The notes under the pieces were generated by a model. It did no database searches and was not told the DNA's origin. It saw only the letters and a program-made list of their open reading frames with translations. The position numbers and the translations under genes were made by a program. From positions 1,674,001-1,738,000 of the forward strand of contig CAKKNE010000005.1 of the NCBI GenBank assembly GCA_918797485.1: a DNA stretch of 64,000 bases. Direction: 5' to 3'. This DNA is from Pelagomonas calceolata. Lineage: Eukaryota. Numbering within the stretch: the stretch's first letter is position 1; each line of letters starts with the position of its first letter. This document shows positions 13,226 to 27,367 of the stretch, piece after piece.

Positions 13226-13913
13226 TCGCTGCACTCCACTAGCACCAGATTAAGCGTCTGTTCTTTATATCAAACCCGCCGTGACTCGAAGAGAAGGGGG
13301 CCCGGGCCGGGGCTCCCCGGCGGCCTTCTAAAAAGGCTTTTTACTCGACCGGCCGCTCTATCTACTAGTAGGTTGCCACTTACCTGGACGGAATCATCGG
13401 AAGTCTCCGGACGTGGCGCGGCCCGGGGTCATTAACCCGGGTAATTGCCGGTTAGTGCGGGTGTTAACCCCAGGATCTTATATTATAGACTCGGACTCGG
13501 CCCGGGAGCCTGAGGGGTAGGGGAGGGGGCCCCATGGGCCACTGGCGCGGGCCCTGGCGGCCCCGCCGGGCCGTTGGCGGCGACATGCCTCGGTACTTGG
13601 CTCGGCGCACCTGAACGTACTCCAAGGCCCGACGGGCTGCTTGCGCCCATCCGCTCGCCCGGACGAGTCTTTTTCTCTAATCTCACTAAACGGGTTTTTA
13701 GTTGTAAAACCCGTCTGGTTATTAAGTACCGGGTTAACCCCATATCCCTCCCAAGGGGTAATAATAGGTAAATAACCGGTGAGTGCGAACCTGGCGAGAC
13801 TCGAAAATGGCCCTAAAAAAGGAGGCATGAGTACTTGCACGAGTCCGAGTCTTGATTACTTCTAATACTAGTGGTGCCGTTACGGTGACTCGTTTGGTTT
13901 TAACAACAGGAAG

Positions 13914-15513
13914 CTAGACTGAAGAATGGGGGTGATCATGATGGACATGGAAGCCAATACTTGCGGCAACTAAGGAAGGGGCGAGCTGTGTTGTCGACTG
14001 GACGAGCGAGAAAACACATTTTTTGTTGCGGAAAGCACCCACTGCATCCCAAGGAAGATCACCGTGGTACCAGACAGGGTTGCAGAAGGTTTCTGATTCG
14101 GAAGCCACGTGAATATTATCAAAGAGCCCTCTAATATCAAGGGCTAGCCGATAAAGCGTATATTCGCTCCACCATGTGCCATTGCTCCACGACCCCAGCC
14201 ATCTCTGCTGCCAGTCATCATCTTCAAATACATCTCGGATAAGTGATGTTGTGATTACCGAGCCAATAGTGGAAAGGACTGCCGGTGTGACGCCAAATGC
14301 TGCATTGGGGTAGTCATCTTCAGTTAGGCCAAGAATGTCTGCTGAGCCACGCCACCAGTGCGGATGTACACCACGATGCTCTTCCACGAAGCTGGAACAA
14401 ATGCAAAGAGTCAATTGATGAACACGGAATCATGCTGACACTGAATGCCACGTGCCTCTCCCACCCGGGAAAAATAGGGCTGCATCGAAGGTGCCAACCA
14501 GAAGAATATCTGCATCCACAGTTACATAGTAATTTGTCGTGACTCTCTGCGCCACAAGGAGTTTCACCGCCATTTGAAGGGCGTATGTATGCCAAGTCTG
14601 CTTGACAATTCCATTGAACAATGAAGATTCATTGATGACGGATGTTGGTGGACAAGTGTGCGACGCCTCGAGTACAGCTAGAGCAAAAGCTTGTGTATCC
14701 GGCACGACAACAAGCAGCTATATGAAACGGCATAGGCCACTGATTAGACCTTAGAAGGTACCTCTTGGATACTCTGATGAGTAGGGCTACTGTGAGCTTG
14801 CAGTGTTCCAACAAGCAAAAGTGCACGATGCGCATCATCAATCATTAGCCTATTCGCGTAATACTCTGTGGAATAAATAGTCAAGTACCCTTGGGCTCGC
14901 GGTAGAACCAGGGTGACTTTGTCGTCAACATTCTCCTCTAGCACCTTGAGATGTTTGTATTTAAATTGCAGTCTGCAATGCAATAATATATCTACCGGAA
15001 GCGAATAGACATTCTGAACCTTCACTAAGATAGGAGTGCTCGCATAGACGGGACCGGAGCTCGCATCATTGTCGTTTGTATTATTGCACCTAATATATGT
15101 TTCTTAGAATAAAATGGACGATCCGAAACCGCGCCGCCCCCGGGGCAAAATAGCAAATACAGCCCTGCGTGTATCCAAGTTTGTCCAACTTGCCATAGTG
15201 TCGATGGCACTACAATACTGTGTGCGGAGCTCATGGACACAACCCCGATATGAGCGTGCGCGGTTCCATTGATATAAAGGCAAAGAACATGCCCGTAGAA
15301 TGCAGTTGCATATTCCTCGTGTGTACGCACCGAGACCGATATATCCACATCGAGGCCGTTATTGGCACGTAGATCTGCGATGTTCATGATCGTACCATGC
15401 TGCGGCGCAATGATTCGCAGTTTGACACCCCCTGCGCACGTTACAAAGAGCGAAGTCGTTAAGCAAGCACATATACTATATACAGAACGACTTTTTTTTT
15501 TCCTACGATCCAT
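13914..15513 (-). CDS. Membrane-anchored/secreted protein with a DUF6492-like (nucleotide-sugar transferase-like) C-terminal domain, multi-exon
   Basis: N-terminal hydrophobic segment. Exon fragments YALQMAVKLLVAQRVTTNYYVTVDADILL (DxD), HPHWWRGSADILG, FGVTPAVLST and WSEYTLY across successive minus-strand ORFs. Confidence 0.6.
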
Positions 15514-18169
15514 TCCTACTTCCTACTTGATCCATTCCTACTTCCTACTTGGTAAAAAAAAAAAAAGTCGTTCACATTCCTACTTGGTAATACTAGCTCG
15601 ATACTGTTTCAGCCGATTTGGCTGCCTTCCGCCCCATCATTTTGTGCGCGCTCGTAGTATGATAGAGCAACCCCTACGGGCAAGGTCTCGACCAATTTAT
15701 AGCGGCTGCCGAGCGCCTGCGGCGCCGAACGGCACTGCCCCATCAGCACACACCCTCCGTACGTCGCCGCATGACGTCGTACCATGACCGTCTTCCGGTA
15801 TAACGTTCACCAAGAACCCACGAGCGGCTGACCGACAGGGTTTTGGGGTGCGATGAAGTTTTACCGTAAACGCGGGCGTCAAACGAGGTGCGTCGACCAC
15901 CGATACGCGAAGCCTGAGTGCGAAACGGGCTCAGGCTCCACGACCAAAACCTGTTGGCACGGTCCTCCGCGGGGTTCGTGGGAACTGCGCGGACCGCTTG
16001 GGTGCTCGGGAAAACCCTCCATGCTGTCACTTTCCCCTAAAAATGTTATAGATAGCTATAGTCAATTCGGGTTGCGGGGGCGCGCGCCTAGACCTAAAAA
16101 TGTTAATTCTTATTATTACTAAACGGGTATTTTTGGGGACAGACTCCGGCGAGCCATTTGTTACCCTTAGCCTACGAAGGCACAAACCCGCGTCTAGGGG
16201 CCATCGACACGGACCAGGAGACTGCCCTGGGGCCGTGGGAGCGGCCGAGGAGTCGGTGGTTTTGCGGCCGGCGCGGCCTACGACGCCACCGCGCGCGGCG
16301 ACTGTATAAGGGCAAAAACACACTTTTCTATTACCATGGAGCCTAATTGACGAGTCGCGATAACCTGATGGTATGTGCCGAGGTCGAATTTCGTCCGTGG
16401 GTACGTCAGTTCTCGCCGACACGCCATGGACCTTCGCGCCGCGACGTCGTCGAGGTGCAACACGCGGCGCGAATCGCAAGCTGGGGCAGCCCTTCGCGTC
16501 TCGCCACCCGGGTCGATACCTTTGGCGGCCTCGGTGCTCGCTGAGCTGTGCCAATCGGCCGATCGTGCAATTTCGCAGAGCATCGAAGTCAGGGAGAGCA
16601 AAACTCAAGTGGCACAAGCTCGTGAACGCGGCCGCGCCCGGCTGCCGCTGGCGGCGCTCGTCGGAGGGGATGGTAGGCCGCCCTGCCACGCCAATCCGCA
16701 CTGCAAACGACCGCGTTTAGGCTGAGAACGCCGCCGGAGAGCTTGACGTGCGCTGAAGCTAGTATGAGGCTGCAATGTGTATAGAGCCAAGGTGGTCATG
16801 GCAACGGTATTGGCGACTGAGGTCATAGGTGAATCCTTGTTTATAATATAAGCACTAGGTGTAACCCCGGCCTTACCAAGACCAAATAACGGCTGGCACC
16901 GCGCGCACCAAGCCCGCCGGACCTCTGAGTGAAGGCTGCTCGACTCGGAAGCGCCTAGTACTCCGAGAGTCTGCTTTTTAATTTAAGCATAAGAAAAGCA
17001 TTACTAATGCGAAAGCCGCACCTAGCGCCAAGATACATCGACAGAAGGCTTGCTCCCCCATTCGGGCCGCAGCGACCATCATGACCGTTTTGACGTCGCG
17101 AGAGACTAATTAGGGGTCCTCTTTGTACCAAACGACATGAATGGATGACGTTTAGGTATTAAGGAGGACAAGTGCAATCAATCATCGCCGCGAGTCCGAG
17201 TCGAAGGAGCTTGCCGGCCTGTGCGGCAACCAGAGCTGCGGCGCTACGGCGATAGTGGCCCATGTCTAACTTAAACCCTGCCGCGATGGAGCCGCAAGCG
17301 GAATTTGGGCGGGAGCGGGAAAGGAGGGATGTTCAAGTTCATTGCGATTACCACCGGCGTCCATGTTGTATACTAGTATACTGTACTAGTAGTTAGTAGT
17401 CTGGTAGGCGCGTGCGGCCCGCCCGTAAGTGATGATATCGTGCTTGGGTAACGAGAAAATCCCTCTTTGGTCGCATATCAAAAGCATCAGCGCGGGAACC
17501 GCGCCCCTTCCACGCAACCGGTAGTCGCCTGGTTAGTGGTGGTAAAGGTAACTTGCCAGTGAATGCAATAGCTAAATAAGGGCCACACACAGGATCGCGA
17601 CTGCTCTGCAATCTCTGTAATAAATTTTAATTGCTACTGTTTTTTATCGGACAAACAGTTACCGCAGTACACACCCGTTGCGGCGCCGTGTTTTCCTCAG
17701 TCCCGAAAGTCGTCGATTTGTGGATATATCGGTATCCACACGACGCTAACACGGGAACTAGATACGCAACCGCAGCCTCGGCGCTCATAGCAGCCGCGAA
17801 ATCTCGTGCGTAGAGTACGCTATCGACGTAGAAACCCGCGAGCTCAATAAGCGCGGGCCTACCTATCTTTAGCGTGCGTAGAAGTCATCTATCGACGTGC
17901 GTAGAGGGGGCGCCGCTGCGTAAACCCGCTAAAAAGCAGAGTTATCTTGAAAATCAGAGTCTTGCGGGCGCTCGAGCACCGACCATGCCCGCAGGAGCGT
18001 GCATTCCCTCGCGTAATCTCTTCAAGTAGAAGACGCGCTAAAATTGCGTTGGCGTCACGATTTATGTTGTCCTTTACTAGTTTGCCGCCCGACTTTATTG
18101 GAGTTCATTCAACTGGAAGTTACAATACAGAGCCTAAGTGCCGGTTTTACCAATAGCTGCATTGCAAGC

Positions 18170-19370
18170 TCAGGCTAACAAACAAATCATCATTTGCGAG
18201 TTGACCCGGACTCGGGCCACGGGGGTGCAACGAGCAGGGGCCATCGCGGCCGGAAGTGTGCAGCCTCGACATTCGGTAATAATCCCTCTCCGCCGCGACT
18301 TCGGTTGCTCTAAGGCCTCGCGAAGTTGGATGTCGTAGAACGCTCTGCGGCTACCCGTGGACAGTTGCATGCTCACAGCCCCAAAACTCTTAGAGTTAGC
18401 CCCATCACCATCACTAGGAAACACCGAGACCGTAGGATCGTCTTGCGTCGCAAGACGGTCACACGATGGCGCATTAATTTGACCGTCCTTCTTTCGTGCT
18501 TTACGAATATAAACGGGCTGGTTCACGTCGGAGTGCCGTTGGGCAATGAATTGAGGCCAACGGAGGAGCTGCAGGCTCGATCGAACCGGCGGTTTGCTTT
18601 TGCGCACCTGGCCTGGCTGGTCAATGGCTCGATATACATTCGCCATTCGCCTGTTGAAAACGATATGACGAATATAGTTCTCACGCGTCAGCGATGGCAG
18701 TTTACTTGATGGCTCGTGGTCTCCATCAGACGCCAGTGGAGCTCGAGCTTGCGTCATTTGCCAACGTCCTCGATAACTGAGTTAATGAGGAAAGACAAAA
18801 AAAAGCCTCGATATATTACCAGCAAGTTCCTTCGGACCTAATTCGAGTCAAAGATACATCCGGCTCGCCATCGAAGTGCGCAGCGACAGGAGCCTGCCTG
18901 GATATAGAGCCAGCTGTGGGCGCTTGGGGCCTAGCTGCCCTTAGGTGCGACGCACGGGGCCTTCGTTCGTATAAAGTCCACGCGCGTATCAAAATTGTAC
19001 TAGTTATTGCCTTAGTAGAGACCGCAAAATGCGCTTTGCTGAGCCGCGGCTCAAACAAAGGCAGTGACTGCCGGCCAACTCCTCGTGGTTTGGTCGATAC
19101 CAATTCACTCTTCTTTGACCTTGCAAGTGGTTCGATTGGCTTGTAGGGGTTTGTGCAACGGGTGCTCGAATCACATTCGCCGATTTGCGCTTTTGTGGCG
19201 CATAGATCATTATTAAATACCACGCGTCTTTACACCAGGATGTATCTATGCTGCTTAATCACCACGTGCATGATGACAATATAGACTCTAAATCTATCGA
19301 AGTTCCAGTGACTCCGATTCGCATGTAAATAAAGGTGCACACTTCCACAGTCGGCTCTCGTCCATTTCCA
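18170..19370 (-). CDS. Possible multi-exon hypothetical protein
   Basis: Consecutive minus-strand ORFs (18170-18757, 18816-19223) with gene-like composition and few intergenic 8-mer words. No recognisable domain. Confidence 0.3.
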
Positions 19371-20397
19371 AAATCCGGTTGCTGCGGTAATAAACGGAGC
19401 AGACTCGAGTTCTAAGTGAACCTAAACCCGACACGCCACGAACCCGAAACAATCTCTCGCGAGACCAAGACCCTAAGATCACCGTTGTGCGTATACGCAC
19501 ACTAAGTTGACTAAGCTACGCGCATCCGCGCGAGATGCCCCTTTCTGTTGCTGAAGCAATTTTGCATTTCAGCATGCGTCTTTTTTCAGTATGATAGGGC
19601 CATGCCATTATCAACAACCCGCGAGCGTTGGTGCCACAGTGGTATGCCATACATATCGACGGGTTGGTTACCATTTCGACATGTATGTGTCCAAGGTACG
19701 ACGGTTGATATTTCGGGCGACAAGAAGTCCGACGAAGAGGAGAATATGATTCAAGTTGATGTCATTATCTCGCCTCCCAGCCTAGGCGCACCCCCAAACT
19801 ATTTTTCATCAGAGGCCGCCACTGTTGCGTCCCAATTGCATCTTGGGCGACCGGCGAGTGCGAAGCGAGCAGTATGCATGGTTCCCATTTGTTGAACCGA
19901 GCCCCTCGAAGGTTTCGACCGAGGCCGCTTGAAGGTCTCTGTGCCGGCGCAATTCCAACGCAATTCCAGGAGTGAGGGGCCCGGGCCGCGGAGAGGGAAA
20001 TCGTCACTTTGCCAGTGCGCTCTCCCCAAAAAAAAGCCGATACCGACTAGCCGCGTTCACGAGGTACACACGCGCCGGGAGTTTGGTCGTGCATCTGTGA
20101 TTCGTTCCGGCGCTCCCTCGGCAAGAGCGTCGGCTCGCAGCGTTCCTCGTCTAGTAGGACCGGTGGGTGTCCGACGCGCCGCACGCACGCCCCCGACGCA
20201 CGCCACTGGCATGCCGGTGGCGGCCAACGAACGTATATGCGCGCTCACGAGGACGGCAGTGAGTCGCAATCTCGATTTTTGCCGGAAAAAACGAAAACAG
20301 CGCGCGAGCCCTCGGAGCCGTGCTGCGCGGAGCATTAGGCTAGTTGAGTGAGCTCTAGGTCCCTCGCACGTCACACTCGCTTAAGGATTGTGTAAAA

Positions 20398-21576
20398 ATG
20401 GGCACTTTGACGCTCTCTCTCGCGATCCTCGCACCTGGCAATGCCTTGCTGCCGATGCGAGCACGCCGTTTAGCGCCTGCGCGTGTCTCAATGGACTACA
20501 TGAATCCGACGGCTGGTGGTAACATGGGCGGTCCAGCGGCCTCGACAAAGAGTCAGATTTTGACCGAGTCACCTTCCGGCAAGAAGCAGGACTTCCTCGA
20601 AGCCTCGCCCTATTGGGATCAGGCCACGGTTCCGGTTAATACCTGGAAGAACAAATCCCCTTACACTGCAAAGGTAGTTTCCTGCAAGCGCATTGTTGGG
20701 CCCGAGGCGACCGGTGAGACGTACTTTTCCGCGCAATCCAACTAACAAAATCAAAGTCATCAGCGAAACCTTAATCGTCGCAGGTGTCATATCATCTTTG
20801 ATCACAAAGGAGAGATGCCGTACTGGGAGGGCCAGTCGTATGGCGTGCTCCCACCAGGTACTAATCCCAAAAATGGCAAGCCGCACACGGTTCGACTGTA
20901 TTCAATTGCATCGTCACGGTACGGTGATGACATGTCTGGTCAGACCTCTTCGCTGTGTGTCCGCCGCGCGACTTACTGGGACCCTGAAATGGGCAAGGAG
21001 GATCCGGCCAAAAAAGGTGTATGTTCCAACTATCTGTGCGATAGTAAACCTGGAGACGACTGCAAGATGACCGGTCCATCTGGCAAGGTCATGCTCATGC
21101 CCGAGGAAAATTCTAAGACAGATTACATCATGGTTGCCACTGGCACTGGCATTGCCCCGTACCGTGGATTTATCCGTCGCCTTTTCACCGAGACTACTCC
21201 TGCCGGTGAAGCATACCAAGGCACTGCGTGGCTCTTTCTTGGAGTTGCCAACTCAGATGCCCTTCTCTATGACGAGGAATGGCAGGCAGTTCTTGCCAAG
21301 CACCCGGATAACTTCAAACTTGACTATGCCCTCTCAAGGGAGCAGAGCAACTCCAAAGGAGGCAAAATGTATATTCAGGACAAGGTAGAGGAATATGCTG
21401 ATGATATTTTCAAGCGTCTAGAGAATGGCGCAGTCATGTACTTCTGTGGTCTCAAGGGTATGATGCCCGGTATCCAAGACATGCTCCGTGGTGTCTGTGC
21501 CAAGAAGAATATTGATTATGATGAGTTCATAGCCAAGCTCAAGAAGGCTGGGCAATGGCGAGTTGAAGTTTATTGA
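20398..21576 (+). CDS. petH: Plastid ferredoxin-NADP+ reductase, 1 intron (20721-20783)
   Basis: Motifs [66 protein letters not shown]-terminal signal-like presequence. Confidence 0.98.
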
Positions 21577-21856
21577 AGCATTCATTTATTTAGGTATCAT
21601 ACGGAGGCTGATTGATTTCAATATAAACGAACGAAGGAAGAGGTGGCGTCTGCCAGTGAGCTGATGCAACCGCCCAGGAAAACACCTTGGCAAATAAATA
21701 AATAGAAATAAATACCGCCGGCGTGACTTGGTCCCTAAGAAGTTAGCCGGAGACATTCCCACTGGCATATGTATTCATAGGGCGCCACCCGGGGTATTTC
21801 TTTCTTCTAAGATTAGGACGCATCCTCCATGAGTCCGAGTCCGAGTCCGAGTCCTA

Positions 21857-22224
21857 CCCTGCGAATCATGATGATCTTAATACTGCGTGGAGTCTTCGAA
21901 ATTTATAGGGGGGTCAAGCGCAATAGTCGACGTTGATTTGATTTTTGGCGCAATGCGCGTACAACCACGCGCCGGCCGAATGGCTGGAAATTTTTACTGA
22001 GGCAAGTTCCGTATGCTAAAATAATGGGCTGTGCAAAAATTGGCACCATGCGGGCAGCCTCGCGCTGAGAAAGCAGCTGCGACGCGGTGCGATGGTCCGA
22101 GATAAAACCCGCCCAAAAATCGCCCCTGAGACGTATAAATTGAACCATAATTACCGTGACGGAAACTTGAAAATTATTTCCGAGCGTTCCATATCTATAC
22201 AGGACTCAAAGGGATTTTCCGGTG
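21857..22224 (+). mobile_element. MITE-like family B, copy 1 (partial copy at ~22600-22790; full copy inverted at 43911-44200)
   Basis: Shared core gttccgtatgctaa..atgggctgtgcaaa..gcagctgcgacgcg..gatggtccgagataaaacccgccc..atatctata..ctcaaag. Begins TA|CCCTGCGA. Confidence 0.75.
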
Positions 22225-23169
22225 TTGGCTAGGCCGAACGTTCCCAAGCATCCGGAAGAACCCAGCAGCCTGAGAGGTAGGAGTAAGTTTGGAGGTCGGA
22301 GGGGGAATGGGAGGGGGTCCGTGGCTACCTATGACTACCTTTAGATCAACTTGACGTTGACCTGGGACTTAAGCTGTCCGTTGCCACATGTCAACCAGCG
22401 GGCGGTCGGGAGAACATATTGGGTGATGTCGATCATGATGGCGAGCCAGTTGGACGCCGCTCAAAAGAAATCATCGCCAGGACGATGGAATGACCGCGCC
22501 GCGCAAGTTGAATGGACTTAGAGGCTGGCGACGCCGACCACAGGGAGTCTTTTGTCACCTTTGATTGTATTGGGCTCAATCTGCGTACAGCCACGTGCCG
22601 CCGGAATTTTTACTGAGGCGCAGGTTCCGTACGATGGGCTGTGCAAAGTTTGGTGCAGCTGCGACGCCCGGGCCGGGGATGGTCCGAAATAAAACCCGCC
22701 CCAAACCGAAAGTCGTCCTGTACATGTGACCCGTACTAATCATGATTACGAAAAACTATTCCCTATCGTCCCATATCTATATAGGCTCAATGAAGGGTAG
22801 GAATGTTTCGTTTAGAAGAACCAAAGGACACCACGAAGACATAGTTTCGGACCGGGTGGGCCAGGACCACTGGCATATTTTACCACCTTGTGCCCGTGTC
22901 CGACTCGGCCCGCACTAGATCATTGGATGACTGGTTCTCTAGTCGGGTACGAAGGAATTAATTTTCGTTGTACTTAAGAGAAGAGTTGGATTGCAGGACT
23001 TTGGTTTCGGTGTCACTGGTCAGGCCGCTGTGAAGTAAGGTTCAGATCTCGATTCCTACCCTGGACCTGGAGAGCTGAGCAGCAAAATGGGTGACTAGTC
23101 ATTTGGGATTTTGCTAGTTGGGAATTTGCTCTCCGCGATAATCATGCGCCGGCGGAAAGTTTAGCTCGT

Positions 23170-23616
23170 TCACGAGGCATCCGCAGTGTTTCGAATGATA
23201 TCGCCTACCACACAAGTTTAGTTCAAACCAACAATATAGCGAAACTGCGCGGTAGATCGCTATCACCGGCATCGATCACGGTTAGCATAGACACACGGAA
23301 GTATTTGCCACAGGCAGTTCCAAGGTCAACATTCGACCCATTGTAATGTATCACCTGGCATTTTGAAAGCATTGCATAATATTCAACCTCGCTCTTGCGG
23401 AGCGGTGGCGTGTTGTTAGCGATAAGCACAAGTTTTGACTTATTCGAGCGGAGAGTCTTGAGGGATGTTTTATAGCCTAGTGCGACCTTGCCACTCTTCA
23501 TTACGAGCTGCAGCCTGGAGTTCAAATTCTCTACCTAATTGCTTATTGTTACATCGGTCCGGACAGAATGAGACGCGGAAGTTCGCCGACTTCTTTGACT
23601 TCTTGGCGGGGGCCAT
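23170..23616 (-). CDS. RPL30: 60S ribosomal protein L30 (eL30), two GC-AG introns (23535-23586, 23205-23260)
   Basis: [74 protein letters not shown]. Confidence 0.97.
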
Positions 23617-24118
23617 ATTTTGTGTGTCGGCGATCGCGAGCGAATAAGTATACACAGTATACTAGTATACTAGTAAAAATTCTAGTTCGCCCAACTGAGG
23701 TGGGGTCGGCTCTCCCCCTTATTAATTGCACCGGCACCCTCGCAGGCTAGTCATGCGCAGTGCGCCACGCGCAGAGCAGTAGCTTTGGGGAACTCGCACT
23801 GGCAGACCGCCGAGACGGCTACCTCTCAACGCGGCGCGCTTGGCTTTAAGCATGCCAGTGACGCGGAACTAGCGCAAGACCAAGTAGGATCAGTGGGACA
23901 AGTAGTCTCATCCGATCGGACATGCGGCCGCGGGGGCGGGTGCGACGCAGTGGAATAGAGCGAGAGTATATACTAAGATAAAGCCACTAGGACCAGATGA
24001 GACGAGGATACGTGCCTTTGGACACACGGCGGTTTGCTTCATGTTGAATACAGCTGCGCTACTGAATACAGCTGCCCCACATGCGCGCAATTAGGATCCT
24101 GTCGCAATAATGCAAACG

Positions 24119-26523
24119 CTAATCAGATCGCGAGCCAGCCAGTGTAATCAACCTATCGAGAAATTCTCCGAGGTCTCTCTCCTTAAATTCACTGGCAGTA
24201 GGCATGGCACGCTTGAAAATTGTTTCCCCGAATGAAATAAAAACTAATTCAGTGGCGTTTGATAGCCCACGGGATATGGCCATTTTTGTTAGTGGGGGGC
24301 TGCTCTCTGAGAAGCCAACTTCTGCAGAAAGTGCACACGAGTATACGGGCGCGGAATCATCTCTATTGAGATCGAAAGCATGTAGATCACCGTTGGCATG
24401 TAGAACAAAAAAAATATTTGGGACATTCGGTGACCATTTAAGGTCGCTGACGCATGTTGCATTCAGTGCTGTGCATCTAGAGAAAACATAGTAAGGCCAT
24501 GTAATAAGTGGCGTAGCAAGGTTGATGTGGTGTACTCGGCAGCCACCATCCAGCTGGCCAACAATGCAAAGTTCTTTGAAAAATGGAGAAAAGTCGAGGC
24601 AGACCGCACGTGTGCCAGAGAAACCGTCAGGTAAGGTAGACTGTGGCGATGCTTGATATGCTTTTGCAACTTTCTTCATTGAAGTTGTCGAAGGAAATAG
24701 TATTCGAGGCTCTGTTGTCATACCCAGAAGTGAGCACTTGACTAGATGGCCGTTACTGAGACCAACCTACACAACCGTGCGATACGGGGGAGGGGCAATA
24801 ACTGTTTCGCTTAGACTAACAAGATACTCGTCGGACCTAGCCGGCAGAGTAGCGAAGGCTGATATGCAAGGTGAGAGAGGGCCGAACTCATTGTCTTTAG
24901 ATATTTTCAGATGGGACTCCGTGCGTTGTCTGGCCGGGGACTGCCCAAAAGATCCTCCAAGGGTTGTTGGCACTGATGACCAGACCGTAAAAGAACGCAA
25001 ACAGATAAGACGTGGATCTCGCCCAGGGGCTGTGGCATTCATTGTATCTATCGTGTGTGCAACGACACCTTCAATATTTAGTGGTGAATCGACCACAAGC
25101 CAAATAGCAAGAAGTCCACAATCATCAACACTGAGCAGCTGGAATGTTAAGCATTTATCATGTATTGGTGATGTGCATGAGCTCAGCATAGGGCATAGCT
25201 CGAGAATGGTGGATTCATGAACAGTCTCTTGCGGATTTGAAATCACGCCTCCCATCATAAAAGGTTCTTCTGGGTGCCCGGGCCTTGACGTAACAACCAT
25301 AGACAAATCCCATAGGATTATTAAACCTGTCGCACTACCTGCCACTACACACAGCGTACCGCTTGGCGCAAAGCAAGCACAGGTCAAGACTGACTCTTCA
25401 CATAGAAGTGCAACAGGAGTGTCAGGGTGCCTCACATCCCAAATTGTAGCTTGGACACTGTTCTTGTCATCCAAGAGAGGAGCAGATTTACTCGGATGAA
25501 AGTAATTTGGACGGAGCGGTTCTTGTAATAGTGCGATGAATATGGAAGTGTGGGTACGCGAAAAAATCAATTTAGTTACTGACCTACATTTCCTGCTGGT
25601 GAAGCAAACCAACATCCTCTCGGGACAAGGCACCGGTTCCGGCTTTGGGGACTTGCACAATTTGGCCCACGGACCTGCTTCATGAAGTGGAGGATTACTA
25701 GGCTGGCTCCGTATCGCATTGTGTTCAACAGTGGCATCATGTGGTTCTTCAGTGTGTGGCCGAATCAATGCCATACAAGTCGCAGATACTCGGTGCAAAA
25801 ACCTCAAAAGCAGCTCGTGTTTTACATAGGTACTAGTTTTAGCACCGGACCATGTCGCTAGCTGCCCACCTTTGCGATTGCAGACCTTCCCTTGCAGGCT
25901 TTTTGCAATGAGATTTTCGAAGTCAGTGTCATCAATCCCATTTGCGAACTGCATTTCTGCGTCTCTAGTCCAAATAGTATCAGCCTGCATTCCTGTGCTG
26001 ATTAACTCGTCTGCTGTACCTACTGCACGCCTGCAAGAATGGTTAAATAACTTGGTGCCTCAGGTTGTAAAGACACTTACTCCTTCATACGCTTTTTTGC
26101 GCTGCAGAGTCGAGGTCGGTAGAGCTGATATTCTGTTTGAGGGAGCTGATCAAATGCAATAAAGCGCTCAGACACCAAGGCCAAATGGCCCTGGAGCCCT
26201 CGTGCGCGGTGGACGGCTGGGTCAAACCAACCAATGAGGTTTCTCGGATTTGCAGTTAAGTACTTTGGCTGTTTCACATCTGCCAAAGCCTTGGATTCCG
26301 TCTGCTTTGCCCTCCTGTCGTCCATTGCTACTTCTCTAGCAATTGCTACTTCGGCCTTTCCCGTCCGACTTAACAGGTCAGAGTTTTCGTGGATAGCTGT
26401 GAAGCTTTCCTCAAGTGTTGAAACCAGCCTGGGTGCTCTCGACTGAAATTCCACAGCGTCATCAACGTCATCTTCGTAGTCCTCGAAATCGTCTTTGTAC
26501 TCATCTATGGCCCCCGATGACAT
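24119..26523 (-). CDS. WD40 protein resembling dynein-2 intermediate chain WDR60/DYNC2I1 (FAP163), multi-exon
   Basis: Acidic YKDDFEDYEDD N-terminus and FDQLPQTEYQLY motif. WD repeats IWDVRHP, VVAGSATGLIILWDL, LSVDDCGLLAIW, CLDFSPFFKELCIVG..DG, LKWSP..PNIFF. Confidence 0.65.
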
Positions 26524-26574
26524 CCTTCTAAAAGCTTTCTAACGACTATCCCATTATACAGTAATTATTCGGAC

Positions 26575-26637
26575 TGCGGTACCGTAGGTACCTGCGGTAC
26601 TTACGGTACCGTACCGTACCTACGGTACCGTAGGTAA
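26575..26637. repeat. TACCG/GGTAC word cluster upstream of the WDR60-like ATG
   Basis: ggtaccgtaggtacctgcggtacttacggtaccgtaccgtacctacggtaccgtaggta. Confidence 0.9.
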
Positions 26638-27367
26638 TCAACAAACAGTATCGACCTAAGGATGCTCCTAGGAATGAAGGGGGGCCAGGCAATCGGGGCC
26701 CGGGCGCGGCGTATGAGATACTTTTAGGTCCAGCAATCGGGGCGTGCCGGCCCGGGGCTCGGACTGCTTCCCAAGTCCCGGCCACCGTTTCGAATCGTGT
26801 CTTACCAAACATGAGTCGTATCCAAGGTTACCCGTCGAATCTACCTCAATCAAGAGTCTGGGCTTTGAAATTGCCTAAAAATGCGCTGCATGTACGGGCA
26901 TCGCCGCGCGCTGTTACTGCGGGCACAGGACGACCCTCCGATGCAAATCAGCATCTTGGCAAGTGCGGGTATGATGCGCAGCGCCGACGCGACGCTCGGA
27001 GCAGTACGCGCCAACTAGCTCATTCTTTAAGTCTACATGGACATCTAGGACAAGTGTCACTCACCACAACGCCATCTACGCCCCCCAAACGCCACAACGC
27101 CGATACTAGACTGACCCCCCGGGCCTTGATCATGAGGCTGAGGGGGATACTATTGCATTTTGACAGCCGAAATCGGTCCGGACGCTACCAATCCTGATCA
27201 AGGGGGAGTCGTTACTACTCCCGAGTCCGGCACTGGTGTAGACTCGGACTCCCGGGCGGCCGCCGAGTCCGAGTCGGATCCTTCCGTCGCCACCGCGGGC
27301 ATGCTGCTCCGCGGCATGAGTCGAGACGCGAAATATCAATCGCGTCGGTCGTGTGGTACATAAAGCT

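Noticed and set aside
15700..17350. GC-rich ORFs up to 224 aa
   Set aside because: Low-complexity R/P/A translations on both strands, with no transposase or other domain recognised.
21137..21152. cactggcactggca inside FNR matches the 8-mer rule
   Set aside because: It encodes the conserved ATGTGIAP motif, so it is coincidence rather than an insertion.
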